Origin: Podarcis liolepis
Lineage: Eukaryota
Assembly (NCBI GenBank): GCA_965112155.1
Contig: OZ218104.1
Length of the DNA stretch: 64,000 nucleotides
Strand: one strand, 5' to 3'
Position numbers and translations under genes: made by a program. This document shows positions 52,301-63,868 of the stretch, in pieces (position 1 is the stretch's first letter; every line of letters begins with the position of its first letter). The notes beneath the pieces are model-generated. The model was not told where the DNA came from. It saw only the letters and a program-made list of their open reading frames with translations, and did not search any database.

Positions 52301-54553
52301 GGGCTTGTTGTCATTCTGATCAAGCACCTTGATGACGATCTCTGTGCGGTTCCCCACAGGCTGCCCAGTTGCACTTACAGCGTGAAGAAAGAGCTGCAGA
52401 GCAAGCAGGGTAGCAATTGAGACACTCCCCAAAGCTGCCTCTCACCCTCCCAGACACCTTCCCACAAGAGTGTAGAGCTGCCCTTCTCTTCACACCGAGA
52501 GCACCCAGGAATTTACATTAGGGGCTAAAAAGTATTTAGATACTGTATGCTGAGAATTCAAAAATGAAACTAAGCTGAACTTTCTCCTCCTTCCCATAAA
52601 TAATGGTTGCTAATACTATTGCTTCCCGGGGATTCCCCAAAAGCTGACATAAAGCAGCAGCAAACATGTGATTTCCACTCTTTCCCTGCCCCATAACACG
52701 TAGCAGCCTTCCTCAACCTGGTGCTCTCCAGCAGTTTTGAACTGCGAGTCCCATCAGCTCCAGCCAGCACAGCTATATGATGCTTGGGCTGATGGCAGCA
52801 GTAGTCCAAAGGATCTGGAAGGCACCAGGTTGGCAAAGGCAGTTTTAAGAGGTGCTGGGAGGTTCCAGGGTGGCAGAAGCTAGCACAAAGGGACTTACAA
52901 TGTATTTGTCTTTGGTCTCTCTGTCCAATGGCATGGTCACCATCAGCCAGCCTGTCTCTCTTTCAAGGATGAAGATGCCTTGAGGAGGTCTGTCTGCACC
53001 AGTCCCAGTGACACTGTAGAAAGTCATGCCATCTTTACCTACCTGGTAGCAAATGAACGTGTCAAAACTGAGAAGGTCTGTTTTCTTGTTGCCTCCCTCT
53101 ATGCCTCCCTCAGAGGTAGAACACAGAGAGGGATTCTGAGCAGGTTCATAGGAGGAAAAGAAGTCCTCCAAGCATAGTGGTTCTGAGCTGTTCAAGGCAC
53201 ATGAAGAGAAAGAGGCAGTTGCCCTCTCTGTCTATACCTGCAGCAGACGCTTGGGGTAGGGACCGATGCCATTCTCCATGACCAATATTGGAGGCAGAAG
53301 TTGCAAATCCCTTTTCTGCCTCTTCAGATCAAGTCTGGATTCTGGAAAGGTCAGCACTTCTGCCCAAGCAAATAGGAATGAGACCTGCAAGGGGGAAAGA
53401 GAGTTGCATTATTTTTTTAAAAAAACCCTCATTCAGAGCCCAATCCCATGGCATCTTCTATGTGAAGACAAGTTTGGCACTCCTTAAGATTTGTAGGGAT
53501 CTCAGGACAGGACAGTGCTGGACCTCAGAATTCCATCCTGGAACATGTGAAGGAAGACACGTCCTGGAATCTGGACACACCTCTATGTCAAGAGTATCTT
53601 CCTTCTATCTTAAATGTCAGTATTGGGTTTGCATGCTTGTTATTTACCTGAAGTCCTTTCACTTCATCTATGGACCTGCCACAGGTAGCAACCAGTCTGT
53701 TTTGCAGCCTCTATTGAGCAGTAGTCAAGGGTAGAGCTGATAAAGGGGAGATGGGCCAAGAGGCCTTGCCACGGCTCCCACACCCATGGCCAACATCTTG
53801 TTGACCCCTTGGGCTAGCCTTATTTGTGTTATCTGATCCCTCTCCAAGGCTAGATGCTTTGCAGCCCATGGAAGATTCAAGGTCCCTGTTTACAGTTTAA
53901 AGGTTGGTGCTCCCTAGTGGTTGTTTTTAAAGGAAATGCATGTTTGCTGATTCAACATTAGTTTGGAACATTGGCAACTGCTCTTATCTTCTCGAAACCT
54001 ATTTGCTTTGAACAACTATGCTGCCAGTAGAGTACAGTGTAGAGAGACACAAGCCCAATATTATGAAACCTTCCTCAGCCCAGTAACATTCCCATGCTCA
54101 CTCGGTGGTCACATCTCCCCCACACTCTGTTCATGCTCCTCTTCATCTTTATCCTCACACCCCAGCTCTTCCACAAGGCCATGGCAACACAGCTGGGGGA
54201 CAGCACCTGTACTTTGCATGCAGGAATTCCCAGATTCAAACCCAGCCGCTGCCATCCTGAAGGATTTCTGGTTTCAGCAGCACAGCAAAATCACTGCCTG
54301 GAGCCTTGGGGAATTGCTACTAATAAACACTAGTTGGACGAAGAGCCTGGCCTGGTGTGATAAAGTTGGTTCATGTGTTGGTACCTCTTCTGCACCTACA
54401 AAACACTTAACCCAGCCCCTCCACCATTAATGCCAAGAAGATCCTTCTACAACACCAAAGATACTTGCCCCTCTTCGCTTGCTCTTTGGAGGACAATCCT
54501 ACCTGAGAGTGAAGAACCAGGAAGAGCAGGAGGCTGACCCTAAAGAAGCACAT
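48393..54553 (-). CDS. Predicted chimeric secreted protein: cadherin signal peptide + mini-propeptide + EC1-EC2 fused to 5-hydroxyisourate hydrolase (371 aa, 9 exons)
   Basis: Exons (minus) 54553-54503, 53384-53238, 53042-52899, 52393-52249, 51838-51663, 50847-50764, 49310-49168, 49083-48945, 48479-48393; all GT-AG, phases 0,0,0,1,0,0,2,0; 1116 nt with no internal stop. The junction 50764->49310 (caa|gtaagg ... cccag|gtggct) is inferred, not observed in RNA. Confidence 0.72.
50764..54553 (-). CDS. Truncated type I (CDH1-like) cadherin module: signal peptide, short propeptide, EC1, EC2
   Basis: [17 protein letters not shown] | [49 protein letters not shown] | [36 protein letters not shown].. 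| [22 protein letters not shown].. | [18 protein letters not shown] | [28 protein letters not shown]; the 145-nt and 176-nt exons match CDH1 exons 6 and 7; HAV motif present; no EC3-5, TM or cytoplasmic exons seen downstream. Confidence 0.88.
51026..51161. mobile_element. hAT-type palindromic MITE
   Basis: TIRs caggcacaggcaaact / agtttgcctatgcctg, internal inverted repeat, imperfect 8-bp TSD ttctagac/tggtagac. Confidence 0.75.
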
Positions 54554-56432
54554 TGTCCTGCTTCAGCTCTTGCTCCTTGCCTTCTGCAAAACTCTGGCAA
54601 AGGGATGGCAACCCAGGTAACTTAAGCTAGAGCAAAGTCTGCCTGGCAAGTCCCTTTGGGGGAAGGGTTAAGGGCAAATTGGCAAGCCTGGGGTATTTTG
54701 ACACACCACATGGAAGCAGGCCACAGTTGATTCAGCATGTGGGACCAAGTGAAGGGCGTGTGCTTGTGCCCTAGGAACATCTCTTGCAGGTGGCACTGCC
54801 CTCCATTGTGCAAGTCTCATTTATTCTGGCAGGGTAAGGGTTCATTTGGGAGCAGGTATTCTCAGGACTCAAGCCTCTGAAGCTCTTTCGAATATCAGAG
54901 CTCAGTTTTATGGCCTTTTGCCCTTTGTTTTGATTCAGAGCAGAAATTTGCAATAAAACATGGAGCGGAGGAGGGTGTTGTTATGAAAACAGAGGAAGCC
55001 ATTTTCCTTGTGCAGAAACAGAGGAGGGGCTGCCCAGTCCCCCTTTCACAGTAGCAGGAGAGTGCCATGCCTAGTCCTGACCTCATGGCAGACATAGCTT
55101 CCTCAGAAGGCAAACCAGGTGCCCCACAGGTTGAGGGCCTTGAGGAGCAGGCAGAGGCTCCTGGAACAAGTGATGAGGAGGGCCCCTGGTGAGATACCTG
55201 CTGAAGAACCCTTGGAGCCGTCAGAAGAGGTGAAAGTGCCCCCTGCCCCGCCCCGGTCCTCAAGAGCACCGGTGCCAAAAGCTTTTGGTCCAGATTGAAG
55301 AGCAACGATACAGCTTGCCTTTATAGAACCAGAGCCCCCAGTCTACCTGTGAATGTGAAAGCCTTGATGCTCCTTCACTGCCAGCATTTGTGGTTAGAGA
55401 GTGGTTTAGGAGGCCAGAGTATATAAGACCCCTCTCCTGCCCTTTGAGCCTTTCAGTCGCCAGAAATAACACAGATCTCTGGCTCCTTGTTCCTGGCTTT
55501 GGCGCCCCCACCCCCCTGAACTCTCTGTGTGATCGACTGTGGACCATTTCCTGACTTTGCTTCTACATCACATGTTGGACCTAGACAGATTCTGTCTGCT
55601 GGACCTATGGAACTCTGCCCTCTTGGCTAAGTGTCTTGGTAAAGGCTTTTTACCCTCCTGTGACCGAGACCCTAGCCCTGGAGGAAGGTGCTCTCCTGGA
55701 ACATGAGAAAGTGCTGCAAGAGTAAGTAGAAGGAGGCAGACACTCACACATGAGCACCACTGTATTATATCGAAAGACCAACCAGGATCTGGTCCCCATT
55801 TGTCTTGACGTTGTCTTTAAATCCCCATAGCAGAGATTTCTCCATGAAGTTGTTAACAGCAAGCTGATGTGCAGATAGCAGCAGCAGAGGTTTTCCACAT
55901 TGGTGCACAAAGAACGGCTGCCCACCATTCAACCTCTGAACGAGGTTTGTTGCTTTATATTATAAACTGGTTTCAAGCTAACATGGTTGGCAGAAGCATT
56001 GCACTTGGCCACCACAAGAGGGCACTGTGAGTATACAGAAAGGTTTCAGCCTCTACTTATTCACCCACTTCGACCACCAGAGTGGTATTTAAGTAAAAGA
56101 CCCCAGACTGAGTGATCTGGTGGAAGCACTTCTCCAGGCCAATGCAAAACAGGTAAGGTATTATTATTATTCCTGTCATCTTAATTTTAAATAGTAATGG
56201 AATAAAGAAGAAGAATTGAAAGAAAGGCAGGGTGTAAGTGTAATAAAGATTAAATTGTTGTTATTATTTATTGATCCTACAATTTTCTCCACATTTTTAT
56301 GAAGATTTTGGAAGGAGCAGTCCTTTCTCTTATGCTTATAAATTAAGAGGCATGAAAGGAAAGAGGAAGTAGAAGAACAAGCAAAATTCCAAATCATTTA
56401 CTTCGGTTTTGCTGGCCAAGTGGCCATAGGAT

Positions 56433-56760
56433 TTGTCAGAAGCCCCCCAAGGCCAGTGGAACTTGAGATACGCCACTGACGAAATATGCCAAGCAATGTC
56501 TGCCAATGAAGACGTGACATTAGCAAAAAATAAGCTGGTACTTACACTCAAGATCCAACATCACTCAGGAATTCAAATGGGGCATAAAGCGACACCAGGA
56601 CCAGACGGCTTTGGTAGCGCTTTTGATAAAGCTTTTCAGGAGACTTTAATGCCTTCTTTAATTTTGCTGTTAAATGACGTTTTGAGGAGTGGTATCCTTC
56701 CAAAGTGCTTGGTCCACATCAGAAATAATTGTTATACCAAAACCAGGAAGAGATGCTGTG
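56433..56760 (+). mobile_element. Degenerate L1/Tx1-clade LINE ORF2 fragment (start of the RT domain)
   Basis: Translation KATPGPDGF..AFDKAFQETLMPSLILLLNDVLRSGILP resembles the KAPGPDGF motif at the start of non-LTR reverse transcriptases. Confidence 0.7.
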
Positions 56761-57479
56761 CCTGTCATCACCTTTCATTAGGCCTCTGTCCGCACAAACG
56801 ACATGAATTAAAACCCTATTCACATTCATAGGAGAGCAAATTGAGGTTGCCTCTTGTTTCCCCCATTCTCCCCCCTTTCCCTGTAACCAGTAGCAATTGC
56901 ACTACATCTAAGCCCACGTATGAAGGGTTACTGGGGATTTATTAAGCGTCTGTGCTGGTTATATGGTATGCATGCAATCTAATTAATGGAAAGCTTTATC
57001 AATGCTTAAATTAGAATTAGATAAATTTGAGGGGGGGAATAGGGAGTCTTGGAGCTAATCCTAAGAAGTTACTAATAATGTGTTACGATATGTGGGAACA
57101 AATTATGGTAAGCTTAAGCAACAGAAACCCATTCCACACTGTAGGACAAATTTCAGATATATGAGGTAAAAAATAATCCCATATACTGTAAATTGAATAA
57201 ATTATGTTCCATAAATTATACTTTTCAAAAAATGTGGGTACATCCTTTTATTAGACTTCTTTGTTCCTGGAGGTTTCTTCACGCTGACCAGAGAGGAAAT
57301 CCAGACGGGGCATCAAATTTGGAAAAAGAGGAGGAAGGAGGAGAGACAGAGAGGAAGGAAGGGAAGGAGAGGGAAGGATAACTCTGTTCAGTTGAACATC
57401 TTCTCCTGTGACTCCTTTGTTGAGTCACAGATGAGGCAGGTTGAATAGGGGATGATTCCACACTATTCCCAGGAACATT

Positions 57480-58400
57480 TAATTATTTTTTTTGTAATTT
57501 CCAGTTATATACATTTCAATAGTTTTACAGGCATTTTAACATTTTAACATTTCAAAACTCGACTTCCTCTTTCTATGGTTCCTTAAATTTCTATTTATTA
57601 TTTCCTGCATATTCTGATTCTTTTATTCATCTGCTTGAATTATTTACTCTTATGAAGCTGCAGGTCATTACAATAATCCTGCCAATGTCCTTATTTGTAT
57701 GCAATTTATTTGTACATATTCAGTAAACCATTTCCATTCTTTTATAAAAAGTTTGTTGTCTTGATTTCTTATTTTTACAGTAAGTTTTGCCATTTCTGCA
57801 TAGCCCATGAGTTTTTGTATCCAGTCGTCTTTCGTTGGGACGTCTTCTTTCCATTTTTGGGCTAATAACATTCTTGCCGCTGTAATCGCATACATAAATA
57901 AATTTCTATACTGTTTAGGTAGTTCGACCCCTATAATTCCCAGAAGGAAAGCTTCTGTTTTTATTTTATTTTTACAAATGTTATTTTAAACATCTTTTTC
58001 AATTCATTATATATCATTTCCCAGCAAGCTTTAACCAGGACCACCACATATGATAGAAAGTACCTTCTTTCTCTTTGCATTTCCAACACTTATTTGATTT
58101 TGATTTATACATTTTTGCCAGTTTACTCAGTGTTAGATACTTGCTATATAACATTTTCATATAGTTTTCTCTGAAACCATAGCATGCTGTAAATTTTATA
58201 TGTGTGTTCCACAATTGTTCCCATGCTTCCATATCTATATTATAACCAATATCTATTGCCCAATGTATCATTGAAGATTTTACTTGCTCCTCCTTTGTTT
58301 CCCAGTCCAATAATAACTTATACATTTCAGACAGCACTTTAACATTACATTCCAACAGATCTCTCTCCATTTGTGATATCTGTTCCCCAAACCCTTGTTT
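57480..58400 (-). mobile_element. L1-clade LINE ORF2 C-terminal fragment and 3' UTR
   Basis: KCWKCKEKEGTFYHMWW (CCHC-type knuckle) and ITAARMLLAQKWK; AT-rich, frameshifted. Confidence 0.8.
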
Positions 58401-59527
58401 CTTATCTTTCTACTATTCCTAGGAACATTAAACAAGAAAAGACAAAGTATGTCAAAGAGTTTTTCTCTCAGTCTGCTCTTCCTCAGAAGGTCTGCTGGGC
58501 CTTGGAGTCTCCTGCGATAACCTAGTATCTCTATGTATGGGTGGGGGGTGTTGGTTTTTGTTTTATGGATCAAATTCCAATGGCAAAGCATATTAATTGT
58601 ATTTCCCCTCCTTACAACAACAACAACAACAGTATTTAATTAATTAATTCGATTTCTTGACCGTCCTTTACCACAAGGCTCCAGGTTGCCTTGCAACAAC
58701 AAAACATACAATTACAAAACAAACAGAACAGTTCCCTACATAAAACAATGCACATTTAAAAAACAACAACACAATTCCATGTTTAAAAATAGTTCCAGTA
58801 GAGATGTAGACTGGGATAAACACCCCCACTTAAAAGGTTTATACTACCTTAACCTCCCTAGAGAAATAGGTGAGATATAAATTCAATAAGTTTTTGGTGT
58901 TTTGGTGTTTTTTTTTAAATTACCCCCCCCCCGTACTGTCCTTTGGAGCCCAATTGCTCTCCAAGATGGGAAGCAGATGGCTTGGCTGCGCAAAGACTTG
59001 CCACAGACCTCACTCCTTCAGAACATATCACGGAGGCTGAAAATGCACTTGTGATAAAAGAAGGAGATGGGGGCAGTGAGTGACCCCACTCGCTATTCAC
59101 CATGCATGATACCAGGAGGGGCGAAGAGGGTTTGGCTTTGCACAAATGAAATTGCAGTTGCAGGTCTGCCTGATCCATTTACCTGTTAATGCCATTATGT
59201 GGAAGCAGTTCGTTCCCTTATTTAGCCCTCAGCGACTTAGGCTCCAGTATCTGAAACACAGCCACCTTATATTTGCACCCTCTTGGACATTAAGATTGGC
59301 AGGGGGGGCCCTCTTGGTAGTTCCACCACCCACCCAGTTCTCTATGGCAGCCCCAAAGCTGTGAAAATCCCTCCCCACCTGGCACCACCTTTATGCAGCT
59401 TTCCTCCTGTACTGAAGATGCAGCTCACTGGCCAAGCTACCGGTTGAGGATACAAGTTTTAGGACCCACCTTAGCTCTTGAGCGCAGTTGCTTTAACTTA
59501 TTTTAAGTTGTTCTAACCCTCCTGGAA

Positions 59528-59853
59528 AGGGACACGGGTGGCGCTGTGGGTTAAACCACAGAGCCTAGGACTTGCCGATCAGAAGGTTGGCGGTTTGAAT
59601 CCCCGCGATGGGGTGAGCTCCCATTGCTCGGTCCCTGCTCCTGCCAACCTAGCAGTTCAAACGCATGTCTAGTGCAAGTAGATAAATAGGTACCACTCTG
59701 GCGGGAAGGTAAACGGCGTTTCTGTGCGCTGCTGGCCACATGACCCGGAAGCTGTACGCCGGCTCCCTCGGCCAGTAAAGCAAGATGAGTGCTGCAATCC
59801 CAGAGTCGGCCACGACTGGACCTAATGGTTAGGGGTCCCTTTACCTTTACCTT
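59528..59853 (+). mobile_element. Full-length Sauria SINE
   Basis: gggacacgggtggcgctgtgggttaaaccac head, gaatccc B-box-like motif, (ACCTTT)n tail, 14-bp TSD taaccctcctggaa (59514-59527, 59854-59867). Confidence 0.9.
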
Positions 59854-62800
59854 TAACCCTCCTGGAATATCATGGTGAAGACTGGGTAAGAATATCATCG
59901 TCATCATCATCATCAAAGATAGCTCGGTCAGTAAAGCATGAGACTCTTAATCTCAGGGTTGTGGGTTCACATTGGGCAAAGGGTTCCTGCATTGCAGGGA
60001 GTTGGAATAGATGACCCTCAGGAACCCTTCCAACTTCACAATTCTATGATTTCTATAATTTTTAGCTTTAAGTGCAAGCTGCCTCAGTCACTATACAGAG
60101 CAAGGCTGGGGGAGAGAGCAGGGAGAAGGGGAAGCTTCAGAGTGTCTTCTCCAAGTTATAGGACATAACTAAAACATCTCACAGTGCTGGTGAAGGGTGG
60201 GTAATAAGAAAATAAATAATTTTAATACTACTACTGCAAATGATAATAACCAGGCACATCCAAGGGTAAGGACCTCATTGCTATTTCCAGGGTGAATTGA
60301 CAGTCAAAAACAATTGCATATTAAAGGAATTTTTAAAAGCAACAATAACTATACAGTTTAAAATAACAGCATCAGTTCAGATCGAGAACAGATAACCACT
60401 GGGATAAGGATTTTTGAAAGGTTGGTTGAAAGAGGGATGTCTGTAGCAAGGACTGGCCCAAGGTCACATGGTAAGCTTCATGGCCAAGTGGAGATTTGAA
60501 CCCCGGTCTCCCAAGTCCTAATCCAATGCTCTAACCACTACACCACACTGGCTCCCACCTTCATGTTGAGACTGCAGTTCAACCCTGTCATCAAAGCAGC
60601 CATTCCCTCCAGATGTTTTGGACTACAACTTCCACCAGCCCCTGCCAATGCAGCTGTTCCCGTTAGCATCATGTGGCCATACTGACTGGGGCTGATGGGA
60701 GTTGTAGTCCGAAGCACCTGAAGGACACCTAGTTGGCGACGGCTGCATGGAGGCCTTGCAGTGGCCCAGTGGGGGTTGGGAGGAAAGGGACCTGGAAACC
60801 TCCCAGCTTATCCTGCCAGCCATGCATGGATGAGCCGGAACGAACAGCCGACTCGTGGGCTGTGAGCAAAAGGAGATCAAGGCTGCGTTTGCAAATGCCA
60901 AAGGGATGGAATCACTCATGAACCAACGGACAGGCCCTGGTGGGGGAAGGGAGGGATTGCATACAAAACAACCGAAACCGCTCCCTCTGCCCTGCTGAGG
61001 GGAGAAAGAAGCACCTTCTGTTTGCATTCCGGCCCATCCAGCCTGCTTTCATGGACAAGGAAATGCAGATCAGAAGGTGTGGGAGAGGAAGTCGGATGCT
61101 TTCTCTGGAAATATAGTTGGCAGGTGGCAACCTGTTGAAAGCTGAGCTCCATCAGGATATTGTGCCACAGAGAAGCCTCAGGTGTCACCTCTGTGCCCAA
61201 ATAAGGAAAGCTCAGCCTGCCATGAAAAGGCACTCTCCTGGTTCTCCTGTCAGGATCTCCTTGGAGACCTTTAAAGCAGGCATTGGGAACCTCTCTTAGC
61301 CTGAGGGCTGCATGCCCTTGTGGGGAACTTTCCGAGGGCCACATGCTAAGGGTGGGTGGGGCCTGAGGCAAAAGTGGGCAGTGCAATGAGTTTCATGCAC
61401 AAAGCTAGTTTCTACGCACACTCTCTTCAGCCCATTCCTGCCCACTTGGAGGGTGTAATCTCTTCAGGCAACTGAAGCAATGTGAACATTATAGGAGCAA
61501 CAGCCTTGCTTTTTGCACAGCCCTGAGAGTCACCTTTCCACCATCTCTAGGAAGGGCTTGGGAGAGATTTCTCTCTGAAATCCTGGAGAGGAGTAGACGG
61601 TGCTAAACTAGCTAGGCTCACAGTTAAATATTTGTTTATGCTTATTGATATCCAGCCTCTTCCACCCATGCTGGGTGTTCTGAGCAGCATACAAATACAG
61701 TAAAACACTAAAATCTTAACCACTCCTGCTGCGGCCTTGGTCATTGCTGACTGTGCCACAGGATGGTTTAGCTATCATTCATGCTTTGTTGTCTATGTGG
61801 TTTGCCTCACACCTGGCTGAGTATATTATATGGAGGCCATTCTCTTGGCATAGTGGTGGCGTCACCCGCTCTCTCCCTGGTGTGATTTATTTAAATGGTT
61901 CTGTCATTCTAGAACAGTTTCCTGATTCCTGATTCCCAAGACAATCCCCTGGATGCTTTAGGAAGCAGATAAGTGAGGCAGAAAGCAATGGGCCATTCCC
62001 TGCCCTCACCCCAGTTGCTTGCCACCCTAGCAACCAATATTCAGAGGCAGATTACCTTTGCACATGGAGGTTTTCATGTAGTGATTGTGGCCAACAACAG
62101 TCACAGGCAGGCAGCTCTTCCTTCATGAATTTGTCTGATCCAGGGCTTGGGGAGACTGTGGGCTTTCTCCAGATGTAGATGGACTACAACTTCCAGCAGC
62201 CCAGGTCATTGATTGCACTGGGAGGCTGATGGGAGTTGGAAGTCCAAGAGCACCCAAAGGGCCACAATGTTCCTCATCCCTCATATGATTCTTGTAAAGG
62301 CCTTGAGCCTGCTAAGAGCCCATTTTCATGGCCCAAACTGGACACAAAGTCCTTCAGCCTTTTGCCAACTATTGATTCCATAACACACTTACCTGCATAT
62401 ATTATAGCTGTGGTTTCATATTACCCAAGTACCTGTTTTTAGCCTATTCATTGGAAAACTGATTAAAGAGCATTAATATTTTAAGAAGAAATACAAGTGA
62501 CCTTTAAATAATGTTTTTGGCATTCTGGTTTTTTAAATTAAAAAAAGTCTGTGGATCTTCTGATTTGATTAGGGTTTTGTGTCTTTGTTATTAATATCAT
62601 CATCACTGATTTATTAATCATGTTCTAAATCCCCACCTCAAGGTAATTTACACATAAGATAATTAAAAGTGAGTTAAAACCACACAAAAACCACAAATAA
62701 ATTTAAAACTAGTCTAAAACCTTAGCAAGTGGGCACTCATCTCTAGCTGGGAAAGCCTGACAGGTGAAGGAAGCTATACCTCTGAGCATGGCAAAAGGGC

Positions 62801-63329
62801 CTTTTCTGACTGTTGTGAAGCTGTCCACAGGTACCTTCAAACAGGAATGAGAACTCAGGGTCTTAGCTTAAATCTTTATGGAAGCTCAAACCCCAGCGCC
62901 TCTCTGCTGCAGACGCTTTCCAGCGTCTTCTGGAATATTTCGCTGTCTCCCAAATTGCCACAAAGTCCTTCCAGGATCTTCTACCACTCGGGCAATGATG
63001 GTCCCTGCACTGGGGGCTCCTTCACTGGTGCTCTACATCCAGGCCCTTGCAAATCTTAGCTCCCACAACCTTGGAGAGCTCGTGCCTTGGGGTCCGGGGC
63101 TCCTAGCGGGAGAAGCCTTGAGGAAGGGATGGCCAGGATCGAGCCCCAAGGAGAGTTGCAACAACGTGGGGGGACGGACGGAACGAGACTCAAAGGCGTG
63201 GGACTCAAAAGTGGGAGCGAGAAACCAAAGATAGATTTGGACAATCCCTTTTTGAGGATATCACTGTAAAAGTTTTATTTCCTTCTTTGGGTACTTTTTA
63301 TTTTGACAAATGCAGCCTCCAGCTGAACC

Positions 63330-63817
63330 CTCGTTAAAAATGCCGAGAGCTAAAATCGCGTTTAGCGCTGTAGGGAGGTGAAAGCAATTTGGAAGCGGGT
63401 GCTGAATCAAGAGGGAGGCTCCCCCTGCCAGAAAAGCGCCCCCCGCGTAACCGAAACACAGCCGTCGACACCAAGTTTCAGGTGTGTGTGGGGGGGGAGA
63501 GGTCCGCCCCCTCCCCTTGCAGCGATGGAGCCGGTCTCGCCCCCTGCCCGCCTTTGCAAGACCCGGGCGAGCGGGGAGGGGCCGGGGCGGTGGCAGCGGG
63601 AGCCCCGCCCGCGGAGCCTCACCTGGCGCGGCGGCTTTAAAGGCGCCGGGCAGGCCGGGCGGAGCCCCGCAGTGGTAGAAGCAGGCGAAGCAGGCGGGCG
63701 ACGCGAGGGGGCCTCCTTCAGCCCAGGCAGCTCCAGGCGACGCAACGCGGGACGCGCCCGGAGCTCCGACGAGGTTTCCCTTTGCCGACGGCGGCGCTTT
63801 CGCTTCTCGTCGCGGCG
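63330..63817 (+). promoter_or_regulatory. CpG island promoter/5' UTR of the CDH3-like gene
   Basis: CpG-rich; GC boxes, E-box CACCTG at 63620-63625, TATA-like tttaaa at about 63636-63641. Confidence 0.65.
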
Positions 63818-63868
63818 ATGGGGCTCCCGCGGAGCTGCCTGCGGGCCCTCTTGTTTCTCCTCCTCGAG
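63818..63868 (+). CDS. CDH3: Exon 1 (signal peptide) of a type I cadherin, probably P/B-cadherin; the gene continues beyond the window
   Basis: MGLPRSCLRALLFLLLE followed by a consensus donor gag|gtgagt (phase 0) within a CpG island; resembles human CDH3 exon 1 MGLPRGPLASLLLLQ. Confidence 0.65.

Noticed and set aside
54130-54300. Possible cadherin exon 2 remnant (AGFES...) in the first intron of the chimera
   Set aside because: The sequence matches a common SINE-derived motif (gggtttgaatctggg...tgcatgcaaag), and the frame from the nearest upstream acceptor-like site hits a stop
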